From: a virus
Lineage: Duplodnaviria > Caudoviricetes
DNA: 64,000 nucleotides
Reading direction: 5' to 3' (one strand)
IMG/VR virus record: IMGVR_UViG_3300032303_003166
Span: 1 to 64,000 of that record
Shown: positions 29,457 to 39,132 of the stretch, in pieces
Position numbering within the stretch: position 1 is the first letter of the stretch
How the letters are laid out: each line of letters starts with the position of its first letter
Translations under genes and position numbers: made by a program
Notes under the pieces: model-generated
What the model saw: only the letters and a program-made list of their open reading frames with translations
Told to the model about the DNA's origin: nothing
The model's database searches: none

Positions 29457-30143
29457 ATGAATATTTCTAATGAATACACCACCGAAAAACCGCCCACAGA
29501 AAAAGAGCTTATACGTCTTCAAAATGAGTGGATTGAGAGTGGCCGTAATCAAGAGAAATTAGATCCTTTTTTTACAACCATGACAGCTTATGCCAGATCA
29601 CTTGCCCTTAAAATAAATAAGGGCAAGGTGTATCTTGCACCGTCCAGAGTTATGGAGATTGCTTACGATTCTACGCTTAAAGTGTTTGATAGATATGATA
29701 AAGATCCAGAGTTTAAAGTAGAGACTTCCTTTGCCGGCTGGATTAAGTATCCTATACTTGAACAACTTTATGGTAGCAAGCAAAGAAAGCTTGATAGAAT
29801 TGTAAGCTTAAATACCATGATTTCATATGATAATGAAATGGAGCTTATTGATATACAAGAGAAGCTAAAGTTTACCTCAATTAGCTCTTCAGACTATGAA
29901 AAGAATTCCACAAATGATCTTAATGAAATTATTCAAACTATAATGTCAGTGTTTAATGAGATGAAGACTGAGCTGCCTTATCGTCTTCAAATGCTATTTA
30001 AGATTGGTTTGCTACTCTGGATGAGACGTCCTAAGAGTCGTTTCTCTATACCTAGATTTATAAAGACATTCTTTTCTGAACAAGAAGAAATGCTTTTTGA
30101 GATTTTTATGCTAGAAGTTCGTAATAGGATACATGAGTCTTGA
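29457..30143 (+). CDS. Divergent sigma-like factor (candidate late sigma)
   Basis: Region-2-like EIAYDS..KVFDRY....SFAGWI and VSLN...ELID; abuts the clamp gene. Confidence 0.5.
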   Translation: MNISNEYTTEKPPTEKELIRLQNEWIESGRNQEKLDPFFTTMTAYARSLALKINKGKVYLAPSRVMEIAYDSTLKVFDRYDKDPEFKVETSFAGWIKYPILEQLYGSKQRKLDRIVSLNTMISYDNEMELIDIQEKLKFTSISSSDYEKNSTNDLNEIIQTIMSVFNEMKTELPYRLQMLFKIGLLLWMRRPKSRFSIPRFIKTFFSEQEEMLFEIFMLEVRNRIHES

Positions 30144-30174
30144 ACTAATTACTTAACTATGTTGAGGTATTTAA

Positions 30175-32490
30175 ATGACGATTTATGCTAAGCAATTTAT
30201 TCAAGAAGCATTTGGAAAAGGTACAAACCTTCATAGTACTCATGCTGAAGATTTGGTTCATTTGGGTGGAAAGTTTGGTGTAAATTGGCTATTAGAAACG
30301 CTAAAAAACATATTCTCTGATTTGCAATCAGAGAGTCAATCTAGTATTACAAAATCTGTAAAAATTGATGGTGCACCAGCTGCCATGTGTTTTATGAGTT
30401 TTCCAGGTCTTGAGGGGCCTGGAGTTGCTACCAAAGGCCTATTTGCTAAAAATCCCAAGTATGCTAGAACTCCTGAAGATTGTCAAGTTCTTTATGGCCA
30501 CGCTCCAGATCTTGTTAGAAAAATGCAAAAACTTTTGCTATCAATTCCTAATATGGGTATACCTGAGGGTGAAGTTTGGCAGGGTGATTTTCTTTATGAT
30601 AGTGAATCATTAAGCACTGAGATGATTGGCGGAGAAGAGTGCTTGACTTTTCAGCCTAACACAATTATATACGCTGTTCCATTAGACTCTGCACTAGCAG
30701 ATGAAATAGCTAATTCTGATATTGGAATTGCATTTCATACGCGATACACTGGAACTATTGATAACGCTAAAGCAAATTATAACGCTAAAGTATCTGAATT
30801 AAACCCTACGCCTGGCGTGTTTATGACAGATCCTTACATACCATCTCTTTCTGGAAAAGTTAAATTCTCTTTTGAAGAATCCAACTATATCAATGAGCAA
30901 TTATCAGTTTGTGAAGAGATTATTAATTCATTAGATATTGAAGATATTGTACAAAATGAAAACTTTACTATGTTATTTAGCACTTATCAGAATACTCTTG
31001 TACGTCAAGGAACTCAAGTTGTTGATCCAAAAGAATTCTATAATGGATTTAATTCTTGGCTAAATAATAGAGTACAAAAAGAAATAGATTCTAAAAAAAC
31101 AGAAAAAGGAAAAATAGACACTCAACAAAAATTTGATTCCTATCTGTCTTTAGCTCAAGATACAAGAATAGTTATGATTGTAGAGCTAATAAATATTCTT
31201 ACCAATCTTAAATCTAAGTTTATAGAAAAGTTAAACTATTTAGGTCAATTTAAAACGTATTTAAAAACTTTAGACGGAAATATCATGACAACCAATCAAG
31301 AGGGTTTCATGATCTCTGATCAAGAAGGCAATGCTGTTAAGCTTGTGGATAGAGGAGAATTTAGTAAGATGAATTTTGATCCTAATATTTTAAAAGGCTG
31401 GCAAAAGAATGCAGAAGCTACTATATCAGAATCTGTTAAAGAGTTTTTAGAAGTGTATAGCTTTGATGACTTAAAAAATGTTGTTAATGATAAAGGTCTT
31501 CCAATAAGAACACAAACTTCAAAGTCTTTGACCGTTGAAGTGCCAAAGCCAGAAAGAACCACTATCACAAAAGATCTTGCATCTGAATTAATTTCAAATG
31601 ACACTCCTCCAGAATCAGAGATTTCTTTATTAAGAAAAGATAAAGATATTAAGATAGATAAGTTTACAATTGCAACCAAACCGTTAGGATCTCTAGAAGG
31701 AAATAAAGGACATACTTTTGAAGATAATGTTTTAGATGTTTTAAAACTAAAAGAGTTTTCAGAATATTCACAAGAGCCATGGGCTCAAGAGCTATTACAT
31801 CTTTTAACAGTTTCTGAGTTAGACTACACTGAAGAAGATGTTGAAAAAGTTGGTGGATTAAATGTAAGAAGACCTATTAACTGGTTATCAGAAAATCTTG
31901 TTCCGCTACCAGAGGGTGCTAAGTTTGGAGACTTTATTGCAATTGGAAGAGCCTTATCTGACATTAACATTTATGGCGATGGTGGTCCAGAAGATATTCT
32001 ACCTATCTCTGTAAAATACGGATCTAGTTTGGCATTTTTAAATTGTGGTTTTGGATCAGTTAAAGGAAATTCTGATATATGGAAAAATAATTTTAGAAAA
32101 TTTTTCTCAATTATTTCGCCTGATATTAATATAGATAGAGCTCTTCAAGCATTTGATACCAATAACGCGGTGACATTATCAAAAGAAATAGACAATGAAG
32201 TAGTTTTAACCAATCCACCATTTGTTACAGATTTTATAAATCATGCCATTGGTGAAGGATATCTTTACGTACATAATAAGCATGTATTTTTTATGAGCAC
32301 AGAAAAAAGAATGCTCTTGTCTGCAAATCCAAGAATTAAGTATGTAATTTATCCTGTTGCGCCAAGCGATGGATTTGAAATCGCACTTGAAACTGATGGT
32401 ATGACAGTTTCAATTAAAGTAAGAGATAAAGTTGGAAGACCTGGTGGTGCTCCAGCAATGATGTTGGAAAAATACAAATTTAAAGAATAA
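30175..32490 (+). CDS. DUF6267-like (ligase-like) domain fused to a putative PD-(D/E)XK domain
   Basis: NLHSTHAED, KIDGAPA, QGDF, EGF, VKLVDR.EFS; C-terminal GHTFE...SDI...ISVK. Confidence 0.7.
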   Translation: MTIYAKQFIQEAFGKGTNLHSTHAEDLVHLGGKFGVNWLLETLKNIFSDLQSESQSSITKSVKIDGAPAAMCFMSFPGLEGPGVATKGLFAKNPKYARTPEDCQVLYGHAPDLVRKMQKLLLSIPNMGIPEGEVWQGDFLYDSESLSTEMIGGEECLTFQPNTIIYAVPLDSALADEIANSDIGIAFHTRYTGTIDNAKANYNAKVSELNPTPGVFMTDPYIPSLSGKVKFSFEESNYINEQLSVCEEIINSLDIEDIVQNENFTMLFSTYQNTLVRQGTQVVDPKEFYNGFNSWLNNRVQKEIDSKKTEKGKIDTQQKFDSYLSLAQDTRIVMIVELINILTNLKSKFIEKLNYLGQFKTYLKTLDGNIMTTNQEGFMISDQEGNAVKLVDRGEFSKMNFDPNILKGWQKNAEATISESVKEFLEVYSFDDLKNVVNDKGLPIRTQTSKSLTVEVPKPERTTITKDLASELISNDTPPESEISLLRKDKDIKIDKFTIATKPLGSLEGNKGHTFEDNVLDVLKLKEFSEYSQEPWAQELLHLLTVSELDYTEEDVEKVGGLNVRRPINWLSENLVPLPEGAKFGDFIAIGRALSDINIYGDGGPEDILPISVKYGSSLAFLNCGFGSVKGNSDIWKNNFRKFFSIISPDINIDRALQAFDTNNAVTLSKEIDNEVVLTNPPFVTDFINHAIGEGYLYVHNKHVFFMSTEKRMLLSANPRIKYVIYPVAPSDGFEIALETDGMTVSIKVRDKVGRPGGAPAMMLEKYKFKE

Positions 32491-32515
32491 AAAAGGAGCC
32501 TCGCGGCTCCTTTTT
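32490..32515. terminator. Bidirectional intrinsic terminator
   Basis: AAAAAGGAGCC-tcgc-GGCTCCTTTTT. Confidence 0.85.
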
Positions 32516-32531
32516 GATTTACTAAGCTATC

Positions 32532-33224
32532 TTAGTTCATCTTTTCAATTTGAACATAGACATTAGTGTTTTCAACACCAATCAAATCGCTGTGTACATA
32601 ATAGGTACGAGCGGTTCCACCTGCGGCAACTCCCCACTTTCCACCAGTTACTACAGCTGATGTGTAGTTTTTGAGTGTGTGAGCAGCGTAGGCTCCCATT
32701 GTGGTTCGAGCCATTACATCTACAGGAAGAACTCCGGTTGTGAGGTTTGTTCTTGTAATGGTCTGACCGGTGAGGCTGGTTGTTACTACAGCAGGAAGAT
32801 CACTTGTGTTAGCAGGATTGCTCTTCCAGTTAATAATACCAGTTGCAGTGCTATAATCAGTAAGAACAATACCAGCAGTTGCAGCAAGTTCAGCAGCCTT
32901 GGCTCCACCGGGTCCAAACTCATTCCAGATATGCAAAACAGTTTCTGCAACAGTAGCAGTGGCACTGATTTGAGTAACTGCAGCAACTCCACCAAGGGAG
33001 AATACAGTGGAAACGTGAGTTGATGTTCCGGAGACAGTAAACTTACCAAGCTGATTAATAGCGGGGGTTGTGCTGATTGACACTGCATTGGCTGAAACTG
33101 TAGCAGCAATCTGTTCAGCAATTACGCTAACAATATAATAGCCAGGCTTTACAGTAAATGAGTCATTCTGAGCAAGATTAGTGATTACAAATCTTGATTT
33201 TCCATCTTTTTTTGCTTGTACCAT
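32532..33224 (-). CDS. Putative capsid decoration-like protein, paralog of 16233..16970
   Basis: Shared termini MV..KK.G..R.VI..L.Q.DSF and YV.SDL.GV....YV.I.KMN. Confidence 0.55.
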   Translation of the reverse strand: MVQAKKDGKSRFVITNLAQNDSFTVKPGYYIVSVIAEQIAATVSANAVSISTTPAINQLGKFTVSGTSTHVSTVFSLGGVAAVTQISATATVAETVLHIWNEFGPGGAKAAELAATAGIVLTDYSTATGIINWKSNPANTSDLPAVVTTSLTGQTITRTNLTTGVLPVDVMARTTMGAYAAHTLKNYTSAVVTGGKWGVAAGGTARTYYVHSDLIGVENTNVYVQIEKMN

Positions 33225-33303
33225 AATTTATTACCTTTTTTTAGGTTTAAACAGTGTTGTAATAAAGGAGAAAAGCAATTTTCTCCTTTATTTACATTAT
33301 GAA

Positions 33304-34776
33304 TTAACCTAAAATTCCTTTCTTAAGAAGATTTTCAAAGTCAAGCTTTTCAGTAAGACCTTTCTTTGAAGGCTTGCTGTTGTCAGGATAACCAGCGGGC
33401 TTTGAGGCTAGTGAGCTAGCACCAAGTGAATCAGCACCAGGCATTCCTTCCTGATTGTGCTTTACCTTATGACCGTCACCAGCTTCTTTTCCCCAAATAG
33501 CTCCTGATCCGTTCTGAGCACCCTTAACTTTCCAAGCCATTACTTCAGCTTCTCTCTTGCTCTTGGCAATCTTGGCCTTGATGGCTTCAACTTTCTTGCT
33601 GCGATCAGACTTGGTAGCTTCAGTCTTGGAAATAGTGTCATCATCTTCACCAATAAGACCAGCAACATTCAACCAGCCAACATAAGGACCCTGGTTGTCA
33701 ACATGCAAATCAGCCATGGGAGTAGAATCATCCTCGTTCATGCTCTTGCGAAGATTGGCAAGCTTCTCTCTGCGTGAGAGAACTTTTTGGCGAACTGATT
33801 CAAGAATTTGATCAAGATCTTCATCTTCCATTTCGTCTTCAACAGCAGCACCAGCAAGCTGATCAGCTGCGCCCTGAAGAGCGTCAACAAGATCACCAAC
33901 AGTGGCAGGCTCTGCAAGTCCCTTGCCCTCTTCGTCTTCCATATCTTCATCATCTTCCATGGCTTCCTCTTTGGAGGTTTCGCCCATCTCATGATCAGCA
34001 AGATCTTCTTCTTTAAGATTTCTAAGTTGAGCAATCTTTTCCTTGATGGCCTTGATACGAGCAGCCTTGCTCTCTGGCATAATGGCAGCTTCAATATCAG
34101 CAGCAAATCCAACATCGCTCATTTCTTCATTAGGAACTTCTTGAGGAGCACCAGGCATCTTACCAGCTCCGGTAGGTCCTTCCATTCCAATTGATCCATC
34201 TTCATTCTCAAACTGGCGCTTGAGGTTTCTCTTAAGAACGGCAAGTTGTACTCGGTCCTTGAGAGCAAGTTTCTTACCGGCCTTGGTGGCGCGGGCTTCT
34301 TTCAACATTAGAGCTTCGAGTAGATCTAGCTCTTGTTCTGTTAGTGTATTCATACTGTTTCCTCTATTTGATACTTTTTTATTCTTAGTTTTTGATTCTT
34401 TGATACCAAGCATTTCGTCAGAGTCTGCAAAAATTGAACTTGGCTCAGATCTATTAGGAATAAAGTTGCCCTTGTAATCGTTCAGAATTTGCTTTGCAAC
34501 CTGCTCAGAGCAGTAGATATTTTGGTATCTTTCCCATTCTTCCATTGCTTGCTCAGAAAAAGTAATATCGTACAAAGAAGGCCAATCATTGTATTCTTCT
34601 TCAGGAACCTTTCTAAGTTTGCCTAAAATCTTTTCGTGGTCATTTTCGTCTAATTTAGCAACGGTAATAAATGACGAGATTTTCTTATGATCCCACCCAG
34701 AATCACTCTGATGATTATACTCAAAATAGTAGGTCTCATCGCCATCTCTAAAATAAGCTTCTTGTTGTGTTTTCAT
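33304..34776 (-). CDS. Acidic coiled-coil prohead core/scaffold-like protein; second in-frame start at 34353
   Basis: E/D/K-rich, many LxE sites; duplicated RBS-ATG cassette. Confidence 0.55.
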   Translation of the reverse strand: MKTQQEAYFRDGDETYYFEYNHQSDSGWDHKKISSFITVAKLDENDHEKILGKLRKVPEEEYNDWPSLYDITFSEQAMEEWERYQNIYCSEQVAKQILNDYKGNFIPNRSEPSSIFADSDEMLGIKESKTKNKKVSNRGNSMNTLTEQELDLLEALMLKEARATKAGKKLALKDRVQLAVLKRNLKRQFENEDGSIGMEGPTGAGKMPGAPQEVPNEEMSDVGFAADIEAAIMPESKAARIKAIKEKIAQLRNLKEEDLADHEMGETSKEEAMEDDEDMEDEEGKGLAEPATVGDLVDALQGAADQLAGAAVEDEMEDEDLDQILESVRQKVLSRREKLANLRKSMNEDDSTPMADLHVDNQGPYVGWLNVAGLIGEDDDTISKTEATKSDRSKKVEAIKAKIAKSKREAEVMAWKVKGAQNGSGAIWGKEAGDGHKVKHNQEGMPGADSLGASSLASKPAGYPDNSKPSKKGLTEKLDFENLLKKGILG

Positions 34777-34799
34777 ACTGTTTCCTTTGTTTGATTCAT

Positions 34800-35393
34800 T
34801 CATAGCATTTTTTCTCCACAATGTTTACAAACCTTATCTTTCATTCCTAAAGGTTTTCCACAGGATGGGCATGTGCTAGAGCCAAACATTTCATTTTCTT
34901 CATCAACAAGGCTATCTTCATCATAGGCTTCGTTTATCTGTTTGTAAAGATTCTTGGCTTTTTCGTTTATTTTGTTTTTCTTCCAAGCCCTGAATGCTTC
35001 AATTACTTGTTGTTCTTCAGCATTTTGAGGCATAGCCCCAATTCCTTGAACGCCATTTCCAGCGCCCGGACCAACTCCACCAGTCACCTGAGGAGGAGCT
35101 CCAGTTAGATTGGAGTTTACATCATTTCCCACTCCGCCGTCGTACATATTTCCGCCCATTGCCTGCTGAAGAGCTTCAATAGGAACATAGAGAGGAACCA
35201 TGCCAGGAGGAACTTGAGGAGATGCACCCATATCATCACCGGGTGGTGCCATTTCAGACTCACCTTCAGGAGCGGAAGCAGCAGGACCACCACCAGCCAC
35301 GTCTTGTGGAGGCATAGCCATTGCGCTAGGATCTTCTTCAGTCAAAAGCTGTTCATATAAATACAGAGCTTTTGCTTTGCTAGATACTTTCAT
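34800..35393 (-). CDS. Pro/Gly-rich putative head protein with C-terminal Zn ribbon
   Basis: LLTEE and INEA sites; CPSC...CKHC. Confidence 0.5.
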   Translation of the reverse strand: MKVSSKAKALYLYEQLLTEEDPSAMAMPPQDVAGGGPAASAPEGESEMAPPGDDMGASPQVPPGMVPLYVPIEALQQAMGGNMYDGGVGNDVNSNLTGAPPQVTGGVGPGAGNGVQGIGAMPQNAEEQQVIEAFRAWKKNKINEKAKNLYKQINEAYDEDSLVDEENEMFGSSTCPSCGKPLGMKDKVCKHCGEKML

Positions 35394-35559
35394 TTAATAT
35401 CCTTTATAAATTTTTTCGCATCTCAAAGCCAAGAGATTACTAGGCTTCTTTCCAAGACACTCATATTAATATATAGTTAGTTATTAGACAACAAAAGGAC
35501 CCTCACGGGTCCTAATGTATTATACAAGTTACATTTAAGAGTTAACTGTAATTTATATG

Positions 35560-36141
35560 TTACAGTTGTACTTTTGTAAGTTTTTTTACTCCAACCAAAG
35601 ATAAGTAATAAGCTCCAAAAAGAACAGCTGAATAAACAGTATCACTCATTATAGTATTCTTAAAGAAAGGAATTGCTGCCACATAGCATTGCATTAAACC
35701 GTCCCATGTCATGGCGTACATGCTAGGCCATGCAGGAATTAAATTAATCCAGGTCACAAAATTAGATATGATAAAAAATGTTAATGAAGCTGCAGGAATT
35801 GTTGCAAGAGTAACCAATGGATTCTTAGATTTATTCATGAAGCCATAAAGAATAATTGGTAAAAATGCCAAATATACCGCTGGGCTTCCTGAAAGATATT
35901 GATACACACTTAGGCCATATGTATTGGTTAGCGCAAGAATTACATCGCTAAGCGCCAGACCTGCAAAAGGTATAAACCATCGTGAATTTCCTGCTAGCAT
36001 TGTTCCAGCAAAAAGAGCAATTGCGCCTATTGGAGAAAAGTTGTCTGCCACATGAAATATCCTGGCAACTATAGCCAGGAAAATAAGAGATAAAGATATT
36101 ACCACAGTCACATTGGACTGCTTAGAGAAAAATGATTGCAC
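35560..36141 (-). CDS. DUF6580-like membrane transporter (ECF S-component-like), probable cobalamin uptake
   Basis: About 5-6 TM helices; NFSPIGAIALF.G, FFIISNF..W, CYVAAIPFFKNT. GTG start 36141 lies 5 nt after GGAGG. Confidence 0.75.
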   Translation of the reverse strand: MQSFFSKQSNVTVVISLSLIFLAIVARIFHVADNFSPIGAIALFAGTMLAGNSRWFIPFAGLALSDVILALTNTYGLSVYQYLSGSPAVYLAFLPIILYGFMNKSKNPLVTLATIPAASLTFFIISNFVTWINLIPAWPSMYAMTWDGLMQCYVAAIPFFKNTIMSDTVYSAVLFGAYYLSLVGVKKLTKVQL

Positions 36142-36143
36142 GT

Positions 36144-36230
36144 CGACCTCCACATCGATTAGTGATTTTTCAGGTCTGACTTTTTATGACAGTCGGCGGA
36201 GGCCGGCGCTGAATTCCACAGCTTTCTGAT
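36144..36230 (-). ncRNA. Minimal cobalamin riboswitch
   Basis: UCAG-AAA-GCUG-UGGAAUU-CAGC-GCCGGCCUCCGCCG-ACUGU...AGUCAGACCUGA then hairpin CGA-UGUGGAGG-UCG. Shows T-loop, B12-box-like segment and CCUCC/GGAGG kissing pair. Confidence 0.8.
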
Positions 36231-36275
36231 TAATAGTTAGTAAGCTACTATTTAGATAGGAATATAACATAAGCC

Positions 36276-38318
36276 ATGTCAGACATTAAAATTGTTCAAA
36301 ATACTTCAGTGATTCTTGATGATCTCATGGCCGGAGACATGTCCACTCTTTCCAGAGAGCAGCTTAAAAACTTTGATTTTAATAAAATTCAACTGGCGCT
36401 AGACTATCTGGTAAATAATGAAAATCTTTCAGAGGCCAAAAAGCTTCACTATATTGGAAATTCTTGGAAAATCTTTTATAAGCGTAAACCACCAACTCCT
36501 GAAGAGTTTATGACTGAAGAGTGGATAGGTCCACTTGCAGAGCATACTTATCCACGAGTAAAACAAACATTCTTGGATTTTATGAATCCTACAACGCCTT
36601 ATCGCAATCTAATTCTATACCCGCATATGGGATGGGGAAAAACGTACGCTGCTATGTTTATGTCACTCTATTGTGATACGCATATTGCGTTAATGAGAAA
36701 CGCTAAAAGATATCTAGGCTTGAACCCCGCATCTCCAATAGCCCGAGCATTTTTATCATTTTCAATTGAAAAAGTCCAAGAAACGTTACTTGAGCCATTT
36801 CTTCTTGCTCTTGAAAATAGTCCAATGTATGAGAAGGTTCATACACGAGACGGCATGGCCAAAAGAGAAGCAGAACAAGCTCATAACAATCAGATAGATA
36901 AAATATTCTGGACCACAGCTTCTCCTAGCTCTCATATTCACATATCCAATGGAACTCAAATTAAAATTGTTTCTAGCTTACACAGACTTCTAGGTCTAAA
37001 TCTGGTGGGTGGTGCAGTTACAGAGCTCTCTCACTTTAGAGAGGCCGGAATGACAGACGACTATATCATGGATACATTTTGGGAACTTAGAAACCGCGTT
37101 CAGGTTCGTACCATGAAAGGTAATTATTGGGGAAGAATTATCCTAGACTCGTCTCCTGATGATATAAGCGGAGCTGTTGATCAGTATATAAATGGTAACG
37201 CAAAAGAAGATCACACCAATATGATAGTACGTGGATCCATGTGGGAGTGGTCGCCAGAAAATCATGACATGAATAATTTATTTCCTATTTATAGAGGTGG
37301 AGCAGGGCGTCCTCCTCAAATACTAGAAGACTCAGAAATAAATAATTTTGATGTTAGTCAGGTTCTTTGGGTTCCTGGAGACTTAAAAAACTCATTTAAG
37401 AATAATCCAGTAAAATCCCTAAGAGACCTGGCTGGGCTACCATCTGGTAGTCAGGCTCGTTTATTTATGAATTATGAAAGCATTGATAGCTGTTTTTCAA
37501 CCAAATTAAAAAATCTTTATACCTATATTACTGCATCAACCAAAGATGATCCAAAAGATCTCATATGGAATAAAGTGCACTCTCAATTCTTTAAAAATGA
37601 TGGGCTAAAAGTTTCTTTCTATTATAAGCCGCATCTTCCACGAGCAATACACATTGACTCTAGTACAACAGGAGACATAACTGGTATTGCAGCTACTCAT
37701 GTGGAAAAGAATGCAGATACCGGTGAGATAATGTTTATAACTGACTTCAGTATTGCAATTGCTCCTGATGGAGGAAGAATAAGTCTTGATGCTGTAAAAT
37801 TCTTTATTGAAGATTTAAGAAATAAAGGTCATATGAATATTGCTCAAGTCTCATATGACACATTTCAATCAGAGGCATCAGTTCAATATCTTGAAAGTCG
37901 TGGCTTTAATATTGCCAAGCTATCAGTAGACAGATCAACTGAACCGTATTATCACCTATACTCTATGGTAGAGTCTGGGAGATTTAAGATGGGAAGAAAC
38001 ATATTCTTTAAGAATAATTTAAAATCTTTAGAAATTGTAAAAAGAAATAAAACAGGATCTCCTAAAGTAGATCATACCAACGGTCCAATACCTGATCCAC
38101 ATGGCGATTCTGCTTGGGAAACCAGCATTATTGGAATGAATGCAAAAGACGTATCTGACGCTGTATGCGGATCAGTATACGCAGCAAACATGATTTTGGC
38201 TCCACTAGGAGCTCCTGAGATCTGGAATGAAAGCCATGAAGGAATTCTTAGTAAAGATCTTGCAAAACAAAATTTGCAAGATTTTATGGACAAAATGGGA
38301 ATAGGAATAGCTATGTAG
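36276..38318 (+). CDS. terL: Terminase large subunit
   Basis: Walker A-like MGWGKT, ILDSSP coupling motif, RNase-H IHIDSS, YDTFQS, KVDH and KDVSDA. Confidence 0.85.
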   Translation: MSDIKIVQNTSVILDDLMAGDMSTLSREQLKNFDFNKIQLALDYLVNNENLSEAKKLHYIGNSWKIFYKRKPPTPEEFMTEEWIGPLAEHTYPRVKQTFLDFMNPTTPYRNLILYPHMGWGKTYAAMFMSLYCDTHIALMRNAKRYLGLNPASPIARAFLSFSIEKVQETLLEPFLLALENSPMYEKVHTRDGMAKREAEQAHNNQIDKIFWTTASPSSHIHISNGTQIKIVSSLHRLLGLNLVGGAVTELSHFREAGMTDDYIMDTFWELRNRVQVRTMKGNYWGRIILDSSPDDISGAVDQYINGNAKEDHTNMIVRGSMWEWSPENHDMNNLFPIYRGGAGRPPQILEDSEINNFDVSQVLWVPGDLKNSFKNNPVKSLRDLAGLPSGSQARLFMNYESIDSCFSTKLKNLYTYITASTKDDPKDLIWNKVHSQFFKNDGLKVSFYYKPHLPRAIHIDSSTTGDITGIAATHVEKNADTGEIMFITDFSIAIAPDGGRISLDAVKFFIEDLRNKGHMNIAQVSYDTFQSEASVQYLESRGFNIAKLSVDRSTEPYYHLYSMVESGRFKMGRNIFFKNNLKSLEIVKRNKTGSPKVDHTNGPIPDPHGDSAWETSIIGMNAKDVSDAVCGSVYAANMILAPLGAPEIWNESHEGILSKDLAKQNLQDFMDKMGIGIAM

Positions 38319-39132
38319 CTGCGCTTTTATTGGTGTATACCAGGCCACGTACTTTATGAAAGCCACGAGCTAGAGATGCAGAGCAATAATCAGCATGGCC
38401 TTGAAAGATACAAAACTGACAAGCGTAGCTAACAGTCGGCTTCCATTCAGTTTCTTCAGCAATAGAATCAATAGTTTGAAGAATAGAATCTTTGCTAATA
38501 TCCACATCAGAGAACTTAAGCTTAATAGACTTAAGAGTCTCAAGTGGAGAAGATTTGTACTTGGCATAAGGATAGTAAATATACACAGTAATCTTTTGCA
38601 AGAAGTCTTTGATAGGAACCTGAGGAGCATATTTGGCATGAACAGCCATGATATAAACTGAAAGCTGCAGGTCATGATCACCAGTGCCAGACTTGGCAGT
38701 CTTGTAATCAAGAACAATGTATTCATCGCCACGAATAAGAACCAGGTCTAGTACACCTTGAAAGCTTGCACCATCCAGGGAGAATTCAACTTTTTCTTCA
38801 GTATGAATCTGATCAAAGTTTCCACCCACAACAAATTCTTTCCAGAATACTTTAAAATTGCCAAAAGCAGCCTCAAGCTCAGGCAGATTGATAGAGTCAA
38901 TATCAAGCTTTTTACCATAATTTTCATATTCACGAAGCTTGGTAACCCACTGGTCAAAAGATAAAGATTCATTATCACGATAATGTTCAGCAATATAATG
39001 AAACGCAGAGCCTTTGGTAGTATGAGGACTGGCCCAATCAGCTTTAACACCAACATTATAGTTGAGATTGTATTCATTTTTGCATTGGTGAAACTTTTTA
39101 ATACGTGATGCTGACCAGACAATATTTTTCAT
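38311..39132 (-). CDS. Cas4-like PD-(D/E)XK exonuclease
   Basis: SASR...C, GSAFH, GVLD..LDYKT, QLSVY, CQFC...C. Confidence 0.85.
   Translation of the reverse strand: MKNIVWSASRIKKFHQCKNEYNLNYNVGVKADWASPHTTKGSAFHYIAEHYRDNESLSFDQWVTKLREYENYGKKLDIDSINLPELEAAFGNFKVFWKEFVVGGNFDQIHTEEKVEFSLDGASFQGVLDLVLIRGDEYIVLDYKTAKSGTGDHDLQLSVYIMAVHAKYAPQVPIKDFLQKITVYIYYPYAKYKSSPLETLKSIKLKFSDVDISKDSILQTIDSIAEETEWKPTVSYACQFCIFQGHADYCSASLARGFHKVRGLVYTNKSAAT

Noticed and set aside
38311-39132. CRISPR-Cas locus suggested by the Cas4-like gene
   Set aside because: No repeat-spacer array or other cas genes; stand-alone Cas4-like nucleases are common in phages.
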